The notes under the pieces are model-generated. The model saw nothing but the letters and a program-made list of their open reading frames with translations, was not told the DNA's origin and did no database searches. From the NCBI GenBank assembly GCA_023920165.1, contig CP089280.1, forward strand, positions 1,054,001 through 1,118,000: a DNA stretch of 64,000 nt, given 5' to 3'. The stretch's first letter is position 1, and every line of letters starts with the position of its first letter. Shown here in pieces: positions 1 to 12,100 of this stretch. The DNA comes from Curvularia clavata (taxonomy: Eukaryota). The translations under genes were made by a program, and so were the position numbers.

Positions 1-205
1 CCTTACGATGAACATAGTTACATTGCTACTAGTTATTATCTAGATACTTCAAAAATAGACGTCAGTAGAGAATAGTGCAGTGTCACGCGTGCGTTCAAGC
101 TCAAGCGAGTCATGCTTAGTTCTAGCTACACTCCTAGCGGTTCTGCCCAAGCTATATTAGCAGTGTGAAGAGCTGACGTCAGCACTAATAGAATACCACT
201 AACCC

Positions 206-643
206 TGTTACGGTATTTCCGTACGACGTGCAGGTAGCGGGCCTTAGCTGTCAATCCTGCTCTGCAGGTCAACATACCTGCACAACAGCACCACGACTAA
301 GGATGCTATAGCACTTCGCTCGGGATGTACTCTTTATATGTCTTTATATAGCATTATAGACTCTCAGCTATATACATACAACCTCTAACGTATCCGAGGC
401 TGACCGAGCTAGGGCTGCCATACATGCCCGCAGCGAATTGCGGTATTGCTGGCCACGCAAGAGTCGCCTTGCGAAGAGATGATATACAGGAAATAATTGA
501 GATTAAAGGTCTCTATTCCGAGATTCTGCACGCTTCTTAGATGTGGCTGCGTTTGTTGTGGTGAAGAGTATGGCTGGCATGCCGGCACGCAGGGTTTTCC
601 GCCACACGTGGAGGGATAGTAGTGCCGAATAGCTTCGCTTACA
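206..643. mobile_element. Probable degenerate solo-LTR remnant(s), possibly two abutting or nested
   Basis: Begins TGTTACG (206) and ends CGCTTACA (643), i.e. TG...CA termini. A second near-terminus TCTAACG lies at 384. Non-coding, TA-rich context. No matching 5-bp target-site duplication found. Confidence 0.3.
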
Positions 644-1089
644 GTGTCTTACTGTAGAAACCCGTTAACTCAAATACTATAGTTAGTTGTTGATCCTTAC
701 ACAACGTACTTTCACGTCCGTGAGACTTGTAATTACTAAAGCATAATTGCTTCAAAAGTATAAACGTTCATGCTCTCGCAACGCCATTGCATCATGCAAG
801 CAGAAAATTTTGAGTGTGAGGATGTTGCAAGGTCTGGTTGGAGATCTTCGCAAGGATCGTGCTTAAGTAACGTGGCCTCATCCCGGATACGCTGCAAGGT
901 GTTTAATTCGTGGTGTGTGCTCGGGCTACCAACAGATTGGCGCGATACAGTAGCGACTGAATCGCGAACCGAGGGGCCTGCGAGCCTGCCAGCGTACCTT
1001 GTTCAGCCTTACGCATCCAACTTTCGCAGACGCTCGCGAGCTGCACAAGGCAGACGCTGAATTTCTCAGCCGTGCTCTACCATACCACC

Positions 1090-4000
1090 ATGAGATGGAC
1101 CCCAACACCACCTCTTCGACTCGAGGCGCTGTGCTCCCGCACTAACTCGCCCTACCTCCGTTGTTTACTACCGAATCGCGATGGCTGGCAACGTAGGTTT
1201 CAACAGTCCTCAGCAGCCACCAGGCTCCGCACGACCCACGACTACCCCATTGGAGTAATATGCGCCCTCGCGGTGGAGAAGGCAGCCTTCGTGGCTATGC
1301 TGGACGAGGTCCATGAGTCACTGCCGACGCCCAAAGGCGACGACAACAGCTATACCTTTGGTAGAATCGGGGATCACAACATTGTCGCTGCATGTCTGCC
1401 TGCTGGCATGACTGGTAACAACTCGGCTGCGACAGTAGCGAAAGATATGTTGCGCAGTTTCCCGATCAAGATTGGGCTCATGGTTGGAATAGGCGGAGGG
1501 GCGTGGAGCAGGAAGGTGGACATTCGGCTCGGGGATGTGGTTGTTAGCCAGCCCGACGGTATGCATGGCGGCGTGGTGCAGTGGGACTTTGGCAAGATGG
1601 AGAGCGGGGGCTTCAAGCGAACGGGTTCACTGAATAAGCCTCCACGGCCGCTGCTAAATGCCGTGCAAGATATCAAGACAAAGCATATGACAGAAGGGGA
1701 CAGGCTAGCTGAGCACTTGTTGAAGATAGCACAAAGTAAGCCGAGGATGATGCAGGCATTCTCGCATCAAGGTACAGAACACGACTGCCTGTACGAGTCG
1801 ACCTATAATCACGCTGGAGGCGAGACATGCGATAGATTCGATAGTGGAAAGATAGTTAAGAGACAGCCTCGAACGACGACAGATCCGTGTATACACTATG
1901 GCAACATTGCATCGGGCAATGAGGTGATCAAAAACGGCCAGTTTTGAGACCATATAGCACAAGAACAAGGCGTAATATGCTTTGAGATGGAAGCAGCTGG
2001 CCTGATGGATAACTTTCCGTGCCTAGTGATCCGAGGTATATGCGACTATGCTGACTCGCACAAGAACAAGCGGTGGCAGCCATACGCGGCAGCTACGGCA
2101 GCAGCATATGCTAAGGAGCTTCTTGGGGTTATCAAGAAGCAAGGAGTGGATGAGTTGGAACCGGCCAGTAAGTAACCATCTGTTCTCAATGCAGCAGCAT
2201 GGTTAGAAGCGCAGATCTGCTTCTATACACAGTACATATAATGTATAACTTTTCTTAGGTCTAGTAAGATTTAGTTTTCGAGTAGTCCTCAGTCTTCTCT
2301 ATCTAGCTTTCTGTCCGTCTAGCTCGCTACAAGAGCGCTGTGCTAACCTCCCATTCAAGAAATTTCTCCCTATCTCACGCAATTTAGCCTTGATGACATC
2401 CCGAGGGTACGCAAGTTCGTCGATCGACCAGTAGAGATGGCAGAGCTCGAGCGAGTGCTCTTGCCGAAACACAAGCCGAATCAACGACAGCAGTTACAAG
2501 TACTACATGGCTTGGGGGGCATCGGCAAGACGCAGCTGGCGGTGGAGTTTGCTCGTCGACACCACCGCCGGTTCAGCGCGGTATTCTGGCTGGACGGCCG
2601 GAGCGAGGGCAGCATCAAGCGGAGCATCGCCAAGTGCGCCAGTAAGATTCCCCAAGGTCAGATACCTGAGAAGAGCAGAACGTATGCTGCAGGCGGCGGG
2701 GACGATATTGACGCCGTGGTGAGGGACGTCATGAGCTGGCTTTCACAGACAGACAATACTACCTGGCTGCTTATTATCGACAATGTGGACCGAGAATACA
2801 GTTCGCAAGGAGGCCAACCTGAAGCATATGATGTGAGAAACTACCTCTCTGGGGCTGACCATGGGTCTGTGTTGATCACGACCCGGCTGGCGAGGCTGGA
2901 ACAGCTGGGCGAGTCGCAGCAGCTAGGCCGGGTGGATAATGCACAAGCCCGAGCCATCTTCGAGAGCTGGTATAGAAAGAAATATGGTACGTCAGGATAG
3001 CAAAGCGTTTGGGCAAAATTACCTTAGCTGACACAGCATGTATAGACGCAGCTAAGGGCGAGTGCCTGCTCCAAGTACTTGACGGCCTGCCGCTCGCGAT
3101 TGCACAAGCGGGTGCGTATCTACAGGAGAGCGGAGTCAGTATTGAGACTTATCTGCGCTTCTACGAGCAGCAATGGAATGAGCTCATGGAGTCGAGAAAC
3201 GAGACCGATTCACCGCTGCAGGATTACCCTGACCGTAGCGTATGGACGACATGGGCCATCTCATACCAAGCAATCCGCAGCAAGCACGAAGCTACAGCCA
3301 ACCTGCTGCTGCTGTGGTCATTCCTCGATAACAGGGACCTGTGGCATGGCTTGTTTGACGCGGCCTGCCAGGCTTCGGAAGTAGCTACGAGGTTGCTGTC
3401 GGAGTGGATCGGAGAGATAGCAAGGAGCGAGCTAGCGTTTAGTCGGGCCATGCAGCTGCTGCGCAACTACTCGCTTGCAGAAGCAGTAGAAGGGTCAGCA
3501 GGGTACACGATGCATCCAGTAGTGCATCAGTGGGCGCATCACTATCAGGGTAAGCAGCTTGCAACAAGGCTAGGGCGGGTAGCGGTAGTTGCTGTTGGGT
3601 GGGCAGTACCAGATAGGTCGTCTCGTCACTATGCAGCTGTGCAGCGGCGTCTACTCCCTCATGTACAGGCTGGGTCACAATGGGTGGACCAGGTCGAGAG
3701 AGAAAGACATCATGGCGGCGATACTTTGCAAGGAGACAACAGGGAGGAAGAGGAGCTTCAGACGGTTCTCGGTGCAACGAATCTACTGGGCAACCTCTAC
3801 GCGGACCAAGGTAAGCTGGGCGAGGCAGAGCAGATGTACGAGCGGGCGTTGCGAGGGTACGAAGAAGTACTCGGGCCCAGCCACACGTCGACTTTGGACA
3901 CGGTCAACAACCTAGGCAACCTCTACGCGGACCAAGGCAAGCTGGGCGAGGCAGAGCAGATATACATGCGTGCGCTGCGAGGGTATGAGGAGGCACTCGG

Positions 4001-4343
4001 GCCTGACCATACGTCGACGCTTGACACGGTTAACAACCTAGGCTTGCTCTACGCCGACCAAGGCAAGCTGGGCGAGGCAGAGCAGATGTACATGCGTGCG
4101 CTGCGAGAGTACAAGCAGGCCCTAGGCGATACTTCTGCTCTGCACTACCTACCAGCACTTAGCACATTTGAGAATCTAGGCAACCTCTATGACCAGCAAG
4201 GGAAGCCTGTAGAAGCTCAAGCTATGTATGCCACTGCACTTTCTGGCCTCCAACATGTGCTTGGGTCTTCAAGTAAGAGATGCGTAGAGGTTGCATCTAA
4301 AATACATGCAGTCAATGCTCCTGAAGCGCAAAGCTATAGTTAG
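1090..4343 (+). pseudogene. Fungal NLR-like gene (PNP_UDP_1 effector - NB-ARC - TPR) with one in-frame premature stop
   Basis: PNP motifs [61 protein letters not shown]-loop GLGGIGKT; Walker B WLLIIDNVD; GLPLA; MHPVVH; TPR repeats. Introns 2168-2359 (GTAAGT..GCTAAC..AAG) and 2987-3045 (GTACGT..GCTGAC..TAG) join the frames. In-frame TGA at 1945-1947. Start codon uncertain. Confidence 0.85.
3789..4170 (+). repeat. 126-nt (42-aa) TPR tandem repeats, about 3 conserved units plus a degenerate fourth
   Basis: GGC(AAC/TTG)CTCTACGC-GACCAAGG recurs at 3789, 3915 and 4041 (period 126). Degenerate copy at 4179. Confidence 0.9.
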
Positions 4344-4479
4344 TTGTTTTTTATTGAGTAAGGACTTAGAACCTAGGGCCAGCCAAGGAGTGAATAAGCA
4401 GCAGAAGCCAACTGTAAAGCAGCAGCTAAAGAACATGTTTTGGCGCACGTGGATAAACACTCTAGCTACAATACAAAAT

Positions 4480-4720
4480 TGTATGGCCGTATAGAGCAGT
4501 TAAAACTCTAGTAATTCAAATTATAACAGGTTAATACTTAACTAGAGTAGCTAAGCCGAAATGGATAAGTCAGTCTAGAGGTTGGATCTGAGGAAGGGTG
4601 TATAAGTAGTACAAGGTGTATTGTAGTCAAGTGGGATTATAAAGTAGCAGGTGATATAAGTGCCCACTTGGTGGACAGAGATGGCGCGACTCCCAATCAC
4701 CATACACTCTACATTGATAG
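4480..4720. mobile_element. Possible RIP-decayed transposon fragment
   Basis: TA/CTAG-rich non-coding stretch between the NLR and the Fot1 element. No recognisable ORF. Confidence 0.2.
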
Positions 4721-5096
4721 AATTGCTCTTTTTCACTTCATTTCCCAAAAATCTCTTAATATCTTAGTTATTATGCTTTGAGATATCGAGAAGAGATTTG
4801 CCTATCTTTCTTTGGAAAATACTTTGTTGGGGTAAAGCTTCAGGCCTGCAAAGTAAGGATGTTCTGACTACTTTTGTGATTTTGGTGAGGGTTTGGCCCG
4901 AATTGAGTCGCGCCATTTTTGTCCACCGAGTGGTGCTAATAATATAATAGAAAGTTTTAGCAAGCGGAAGCGGTCGCAGGGGTGACCGCAAAAGCTAGGG
5001 CGTTATGGGCAATGCGTGTCAGGGGCACGCGTCGGATGAAAGCTGTACGGCGTGCGAAAAGCGGAAACTGCAACTGCATGCGACTGTAGAAGATTA

Positions 5097-6951
5097 ACGT
5101 GTTTTACAAGCGAGCGGCGCGTACAAGCGAGCGGCGCGCCCTACCAACTTTGCCCACCTCTATAGACGTGTATCTCAACAACGCAACACTATTATATATA
5201 GAAACTAACAGAGTAAATTAAGTAGTATCTAGAGTACCTTTCTTACATGTACGCGAATTATGGCCAGTCTCTCTACATCTACTACAGCGCGCTAAAGCCT
5301 GGCGGCTAACACCTGATCGCTCTCCTCTCTGACGCTCCTCATGGGCAATCTGCTCATCAGCCTCGCGTTGAGCGACTATATCCTCGCCAGCTCCCTTTGT
5401 AAGTACTCCTTGCTTCTGTATCCGCTTTCTTTTACGCTCTCTACGCTTTGACGCTGCCTCGTTAGCTCTTTCAAGACTAGTAATCCGCTCGCGCATTAGC
5501 TCAGCTGAGAGCATCATAATCTCAGCTCCCTTCTTAAGCTGGCTAATTGCCGCGATAATTGACGCTGGTGACGAGCTTTTATGCTGTCGGACGCGATTAC
5601 TTATTAGCGTTGATTGAGCTTCAAGCTCACGTAAGTTGCCTGGCGTACAGGCCTGCCAGAGAGCTTCTGTGAGAGTAGCTGGAGGACTAGGCGTACGCAG
5701 CTGTACGTCAAGCTTTGAGAGAACAGCGTCTGGCTGGAGAGGAACAAGGCCTGCGCCTCGGAAAGCTGAGCAGATATTGGCTGGCGTAAATGATTGGTCG
5801 AAAGCTGTCTTAAACGCTGGCAGAAACTCGAGCTTAGTGATATGGTTGATATGGTTGCGTATTAGACTCTCCACCTCACGGCTATACGCGCGCTTTAATG
5901 GCGAGAAGCAGCCAACGTCAAGAGGCTGGAGCAGGTGAGACGAGTGGGGCGGCATACAGAGCGTGTAGATATTATTCTCCTTGCAGAGCTCTTGAAACGC
6001 AAGAGAGTTATGGCTCTCATGGCCGTCAAGGATAAGTAGACGGCGCGCGCCCACAACGCGAGTCTTCGTATGGGCATCAAAGTGCTTCAGCCACTCAACT
6101 CCTAGCTCGTTGGTCGTCCAGCCGTTATCGCTAACTGCGATCGCCCAGTCGCGTGGGATCTCTGCCTCCTCGTACCAGGCAGATAGGTGATACTTGCCAG
6201 TAAAAATTAGAAACGGTGGGATAGACCAGCCAGCTGCATTGATCCCAGCGATAAATGTCACCCACTCGCGGCCACCTGGCTGGATAGCTTTTGGCTGGCC
6301 TTTTCTCTCTGATGCTGTAACGACAAGCTGAGTGGTAATTTTGCCCATTAAAAAGCCAGCTTCGTCAAAGTTATAGACGTCTTCGTCACAGATGCCATAC
6401 TTGGCCTTTGTCTGCTCCACAAGCTCAAACCAGCCTTTAATTAAAGCTGAATCTTCACATAGAGCTCTCTGTCTATCGTACGCTCGATTAAAACGCGTCG
6501 TAAGACTGTCTGTACGCTTGACAAAGTTGCGCGGCCAGTGGACGCCAACCTGGCCAGCGCCGCGCGCAGCCAGGAGTCTATCGGCCATATCGCGCACAGC
6601 TGTATAGGTAGGCGAAAATCCACGTAAATCGAGATCAAGTATATGGCTGACTATCACCTCCTCTTCTAGCTTGGTAAGCTTTTTTGAATTGGGCTGGCAA
6701 TCGCGTCGGGCGGGCTTGCCAGCGCGTCGGCGGCGGAGTGTCGTCTCAGCTACGTTGTAGAGTGCTGCAGCATATTTATTACTTTGTATTTGTTTACTAG
6801 CTATAGAGGAGATAGCAAGCTGTACATCTGCTTCGTTTGAAACTATTTGGGTAACGTTGCGTGGAGCCATGGCATAGTGAGATGAGAGAGGTGGACAAAG
6901 TTGGTAGGGCGCGCCGCTCGCTTGTACGCGCCGCTCGCTTGTAAAACACGT
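5097..6951 (-). mobile_element. Full-length Tc1/mariner (Fot1/pogo family) DNA transposon, 1,855 bp
   Basis: About 64-bp terminal inverted repeats (ACGTGTTTTACAAGCGAGCGGCGCGTACAAGCGAGCGGCGCGCCCTACCAACTTTG..., one mismatch) at 5097-5160 and 6888-6951. TA target-site duplication at 5095-5096 and 6952-6953. Confidence 0.97.
5218..6870 (-). CDS. Fot1/pogo-type DDD transposase (HTH, CENP-B HTH, DDE_1, C-terminal CCHC knuckle)
   Basis: Uninterrupted ORF from ATG 6870 (MAPRNV). Motifs NFDEAG, LILDGHESH, HLLQPLDVG and CSRCRETGHNSRTC. Confidence 0.95.
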   Translation of the reverse strand: MAPRNVTQIVSNEADVQLAISSIASKQIQSNKYAAALYNVAETTLRRRRAGKPARRDCQPNSKKLTKLEEEVIVSHILDLDLRGFSPTYTAVRDMADRLLAARGAGQVGVHWPRNFVKRTDSLTTRFNRAYDRQRALCEDSALIKGWFELVEQTKAKYGICDEDVYNFDEAGFLMGKITTQLVVTASERKGQPKAIQPGGREWVTFIAGINAAGWSIPPFLIFTGKYHLSAWYEEAEIPRDWAIAVSDNGWTTNELGVEWLKHFDAHTKTRVVGARRLLILDGHESHNSLAFQELCKENNIYTLCMPPHSSHLLQPLDVGCFSPLKRAYSREVESLIRNHINHITKLEFLPAFKTAFDQSFTPANICSAFRGAGLVPLQPDAVLSKLDVQLRTPSPPATLTEALWQACTPGNLRELEAQSTLISNRVRQHKSSSPASIIAAISQLKKGAEIMMLSAELMRERITSLERANEAASKRRERKRKRIQKQGVLTKGAGEDIVAQREADEQIAHEERQRGERSGVSRQALARCSRCRETGHNSRTCKKGTLDTT

Positions 6952-7572
6952 TACGTGGTTTTGATTGCACATAAGCAAGGCGGAGCTGTTCGAGGCCAGC
7001 CAATCTCGACTTCAAGCATAATCGCGCACGCTACAGTAGTACTAGGGTCAACATAAGACCGATTCTCTGTGATAAGATACATACGCTCATGCGAGATCGA
7101 TTAGTAAATAGTATAGGCAAGTAAGTTATTGCTATCAAATTATAGACGCTGGTCACATAGGTGCTGTATAAGACGACTATCTGTTTCTCAAGCTACAGCC
7201 ATGGGAAGATGTCTATATTTTTGTATTTATCGCGACTCAGGGTGCAAATAAATGCTAACAACATATGATTCCTCCATAGGATAATGAAAGACTAATTTGT
7301 GAATCTAGTTGTTTGTAATTGAAATACAAGTACTTTTTGTCGTTTTTCTATGCTGGTTTATTTCAGGTCACAGGGAAGGATAGTAGCTATCTTACGTATC
7401 GGTGTAGGAAAACGAGGTGTAAACTGACGTTACTCTAAGCAGCAGTGGCAACACACAACTCATAATAGTTCTCTATCTTTCGTCTATCCCAACCGCCAGC
7501 AATACTCTACCCAAAACGTCTAACAACAGGGCCTATCTCTACCGAGCCCTCTTCTACTCCCACCGAATAAAC

Positions 7573-8715
7573 CTACCCTGTCCTCTCCTCCCAAATCCTC
7601 AAGAACAACTTCCACAAAATCGAAAACAAAATGCCCTGCAATCCATTTGCAATAATCCTCGTCTTGAGACCGCGCCCAAAAAGCCCCAACTTGCCATCCT
7701 GTCTTACCACCTTCCTTGCCGCCTCCGTATACGAAATCCGCGTATCATTCACCTGCCGATACGTCTTGACAACTCTCAGAGAGTTGGAGATGGTATCTGA
7801 CGTGACAGAAGCACAGAAGCCGATGAACGCCGCGCGGAGCAACCACCAGCCGATCTGATCCTTTGGCGGCACGGTGAGGGTGGAGGAGAGGAAGTTGTAG
7901 ACTGCGAACCAAGGATAGTGTCCAACGAACGTGGCGGCTGCTGTGGCAAAAGCACCCCACCAGAGACTACCAATGCCATCGGTTTTAATGCGGTGGCGCA
8001 GGATGCCCCAGCCGCTGGAGCCCTGGGCTTGTAGGGTGGTTTTGAGCGTGTCGATGGGGGTCAGGAGCATGCGGAAGGCAGCGGCGCAGGCAGAGGCGAA
8101 GATAGTTTGGATAGGGGTGGGCAGCTGTTTCAAGAAACCATTGGATTGAAGCAGTGCGAGAATCCCTGCGTTCGCGGCTGTGTCGCCGAAGCGTGCAATG
8201 GGGCCTTGGAAGAGGGCTGCGCCCATGCCTTGGTAGTAGCGCCCGATGCCCCCGTCGCGATAGAGTGTTTTCGTGGCAGTAGTCGTCGAAGTACCATGGC
8301 GATACTGATAGTTCATTATGGTGCGGATGGGCATGAGTAGCAGGACTTGTAGGACCATGGCTGCGGCACCGCTAAGTCCGCCGCCCAAGGCGCGCTTCAG
8401 GGCCCCTTTGAGATCAAACTGTACATGCGGTGAGCTGGGTGGTCGTGATGATGGGGGTGGCTAAGAGGTACGTACTTTGACGTCGTCTGCGTCTATCCAT
8501 GCCTTCACAAATACAACGATTATCAGGATCGTCAATACAGCCCAGAACCCTCTCCATACATATCGCCATGTTCTTGATACCTCTTTCTGGGGGTCTTCGG
8601 GCACATCGTCACGTTCCGAAGGTACAGCGGAATACTCCCGCCCTTCATCATGTGCGAGCAGCGGCGCACGCTCGTCCGGTACACTCCTGCTATCTAGATC
8701 ACGCTGAGAAGACAT
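7573..8715 (-). CDS. Mitochondrial carrier family (SLC25-like) protein with an N-terminal transmembrane extension
   Basis: Intron 8419-8475 (GTACGT..CAG) joins DADDVK|FDLKGALKRALGGG. Carrier signature TPIDTLKTTLQ; DGGIGRYYQG and DGKLGLFGRG repeats. Confidence 0.85.
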
Positions 8716-9142
8716 TGTATTGGGGTGTAAAAATGAAGTGGATGTACAGTCGTGAGCATATCATCTACTATCTGTAGTTGTTGGGTCGGTCCGAGTGAGG
8801 CTAGATTACCAATCAGATATTCCAATGACGCGATCACGGCTATCGTGCATGCCGGTCCTTCCCCCCGCTGTTTTCCCGAGCGATCATCTCCGCGAACTGT
8901 CAAAGGGACTCTCACCGTCTCTGTTGCTGATTTTCTTGTTACCTGCATATCTGGGGTATTTGACAGTAATTCAGCACCTAAGCCTGCTTAACATTGTATG
9001 TACTTTGCCAAAAACGCCACGCTGTGATATCCCGCAAGGATTGAACCTTAAGAAAACAACCAGGTCCATTCAGAATTATGTGCCAGGTCCCTAGACCCTT
9101 GCTCCATCCCTAATCCATGGCTTCATCCATTCTTCGAGTTGA

Positions 9143-12100
9143 CTAAAAACCAAAGGCATCCAGCAAACTATTCGCGTCGGGCTCATTAAACTGTGTCGGT
9201 GGTGGTTTCTTCTTCGGCTTCTCCTCCTCTTTCTCTTCCTTTTCCTCCTCATCGTCCCTCTCCTCCTTAAGAGCCTCTTTGTCTTCCCCTTTCTTAAACT
9301 CTCTTATAGGCAAATCAGCTACAACCATGGAGCTACGCCTTCGCAGAAGCTTCCTAGGGTCAAAGTCGAAATCCTCGGCGCTGGAATTGCGTCCGTGCGT
9401 CTGTGAGCTTTCTTTTGGCATTGTTGCATTGAGTGATGCTACTCGTTCAGCAGGAGTTGACGTCTTGGTCGGTGGAGGCGGAAGCAAGAATTCCCATGTT
9501 TTGACCAGATCAAGTGCGAGAACATCGCAGCCCATGCGGTCATACAATCCAGCCGTATGCAGCACAAAGTCCCATTCCTCACGCATGCCAATCATTGTAG
9601 CACCACGAAGAGTTTGCAAGCTCTTTTCACGCAGCTGCTTGTACAATACCACTAGTGCAGGGTCATCAGTGAGATAGGATTTGGCAAGTGGATCGGGGCT
9701 CTCGGGCGTATCGATGAGGTCGGAGAGTGGTGTAACGAGCGCGCGCACGGCCATGTCCTTGCGGTTGAGTAGCCAGTAAGCCCAGATGGCGAGCCAGCGG
9801 TTTCCCTCCATGGCAGCTTGTGGTAAGATCTTGTTCTCAAGGAAATCCAGTAGTACAGGAGAGTCATCACCGCCGTAGACTCGTGCAACTGCAATAGCGA
9901 GCTGTGTGTCCCCTAGCTGGTTGTGCAGCACGTTGATTGCGTCATTGAGGTGGTCAGCGAGAAGGAAAAACGATGCAGCATACTCGAATCTTCTCCTGCC
10001 CATGAGCGCATACGCGTTCTTGAGTGCAGCAGTCTTCCAGCGTTCTTCGTTGAAGTTGTTTGACAGCAATCGGTGTGTCGCAGCTTGCTCCCTTGACCAG
10101 GTTGCCATACGCCATAGGCCCACCAGAACAGGCTTCTTCCGTAGAGCCATGTAGTACAGGGCACAGTCAACCGGATTCTTCTCTTCAGTCTTGGTATACT
10201 CGTTGCGAGCAATGACCTCGAATTGAGCGCGTAGTGCGTTGGTATCCGACATCCACATGAATACTCCGGATTCCTTAGCGTGTTGCCAGAGCATTTTACC
10301 GCTGAAGTGCCTGCTGACCAGATCCACAAGTATGTCCTGGCTTCCAGAGTGGAAAGCCCAAACAATCTCACGCCATGAAATGGGGTCTTTGTGCGCTTGA
10401 CTAAGAACGTGTTGTCGGAAAAATAGCAAGAAGCGGCCAGCATTGTCATCAATAGAACGACGATGTCTCTCTACCATGCCAATACATTCAATGATGTCTG
10501 CTAAGCGAAATTGTTCGCGACTCGACAGTAGGGGTATCTGCTTCTTTGTGAGAAGCTCCTTCAGGTGCGAGGCAACTTCTTCAGTAACAGCTTCGGGCTC
10601 ACTGTCATCTGAGTAATCCGCATAGGATGAATGCAAATCTTTCTTCGATGCAGTCATTTGATTCTATGCATGTTAGCTGTTACTCAAATAGCCTTAGGAA
10701 TATACGCACCTGATCATCAGAAAAGTCTTCCGGAGCGAAGCCCAGAGTACTGTCAAACTCTTCGTCCTCCAGCCAAAATTTGAGCTTTTTATATAAAGCA
10801 ATCAAGATTCGCTGCACTAACAGCAGCTTACCGGACAACACGCATTGTGATAGAAGTTGAGGATGGTAGGCTGGCAACGGGCCATTGAGACGACTGACAG
10901 CATCAAATATGTCAATGGATGCAGTCTTGCGGGACGTGCTTCGAAGACTGGGAAACAGACTCTCGGTTATCTCGACATGCTCATCCTGGATGAAGAGCTG
11001 GTTACCTGCGCCTATGACAAGGTTGCCGCTCCCAAGCCAGACCGAGTCGCCAATTGGATGGGGAGTGATGTCTCGAATACGCACATCGCCAATCCTTACC
11101 CAGGATGGCCCGGCGTTGAGGTAGTCATACCGCAACTGCGCATATATGACAACTCGATGGGGAAAGCCAACGGCGAGGATGGACTGGTTGTCTGGGGTAG
11201 AAGACCAATCGAGGTCAGAGATGATGCCATTGCCCTCGAAGGTCTCTTGATGCTCAAGTTGGGCGCTGCGGGTATTCCAGATAGTGAGAGTGGTTCGTTC
11301 GCTGTCCACTAAAGCAGCTTTTCTTATTGACGTTCCACTAGCAAGTGAAGGGCTGTGTACGCCAGTGTCTACCGTCGACGTCAGCAACCACTCGAGATCG
11401 CGCTTTTCGAGATTGATGCGGGCAGTCCACGATTTGATGACCCCAGACTTAGTGTAAGAAATAGCAATGTCTCGCGCAAACGCGTCGAGAAATCCCGAAA
11501 TAACAGGTGCCGATCCAGCAGGGTCGACTGGCAGTACGAAAGCCAGATCATCGCCAGATCCAAGGTCGAAAACCGAGAATTGCTCAAGTGAGGTCTTTGT
11601 ATCGCCACTCATGTGACCGTTGGTATGCGGAACGGCAGGATTCTTGGCTCCAGTTATCGGATCCCTTTCCAGCATTGGTAGCATAACCTCCCAGCAAATA
11701 CCCTTCATCTCAGAGCTAATTGTAGCAATGTGGACACGCTCGCCACCATGCTCGACCTCGGGGATGACCAAGAGGCACAAGGGCTTGCCTTGCAATTTGT
11801 AAGGACATCGCGTGACTTCCACCGCTTCGTGTCCTCGAGTATCCCACAACGATATTTCTTCATGATGCAGAAAGACTAGGAAATTGCCCTCATGCAGGAG
11901 TGCAGTGCGGTGTATATGCTCGGTGACCTTGACGCTGCTGTGGCGATGAAGTGTCATTCCGTCGTCACCTTGCCGTTGTAGCCAAACAATGCATTCGTCT
12001 GTAGTCGTGCGCGACACGAGGGCCTTTCCGCTCGCGGTACGATTAACCTTCTTGATAGCATGTGAGTGACCAGTCCACATAGCCTTGCGTTGCACGCGCT

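Noticed and set aside
1945..1947. A-to-I stop-codon editing as the explanation for the NLR stop
   Set aside because: Editing would give Trp, whereas the family expects Arg. A C>T mutation is simpler, and I know of no such editing in this fungal class.
3789..4170. CRISPR-like array
   Set aside because: Eukaryotic coding TPR repeats with no spacers.
6871..6978. N-terminal extension of the 586-aa transposase ORF
   Set aside because: It runs through the TIR and outside the element. The realistic start is ATG 6870.
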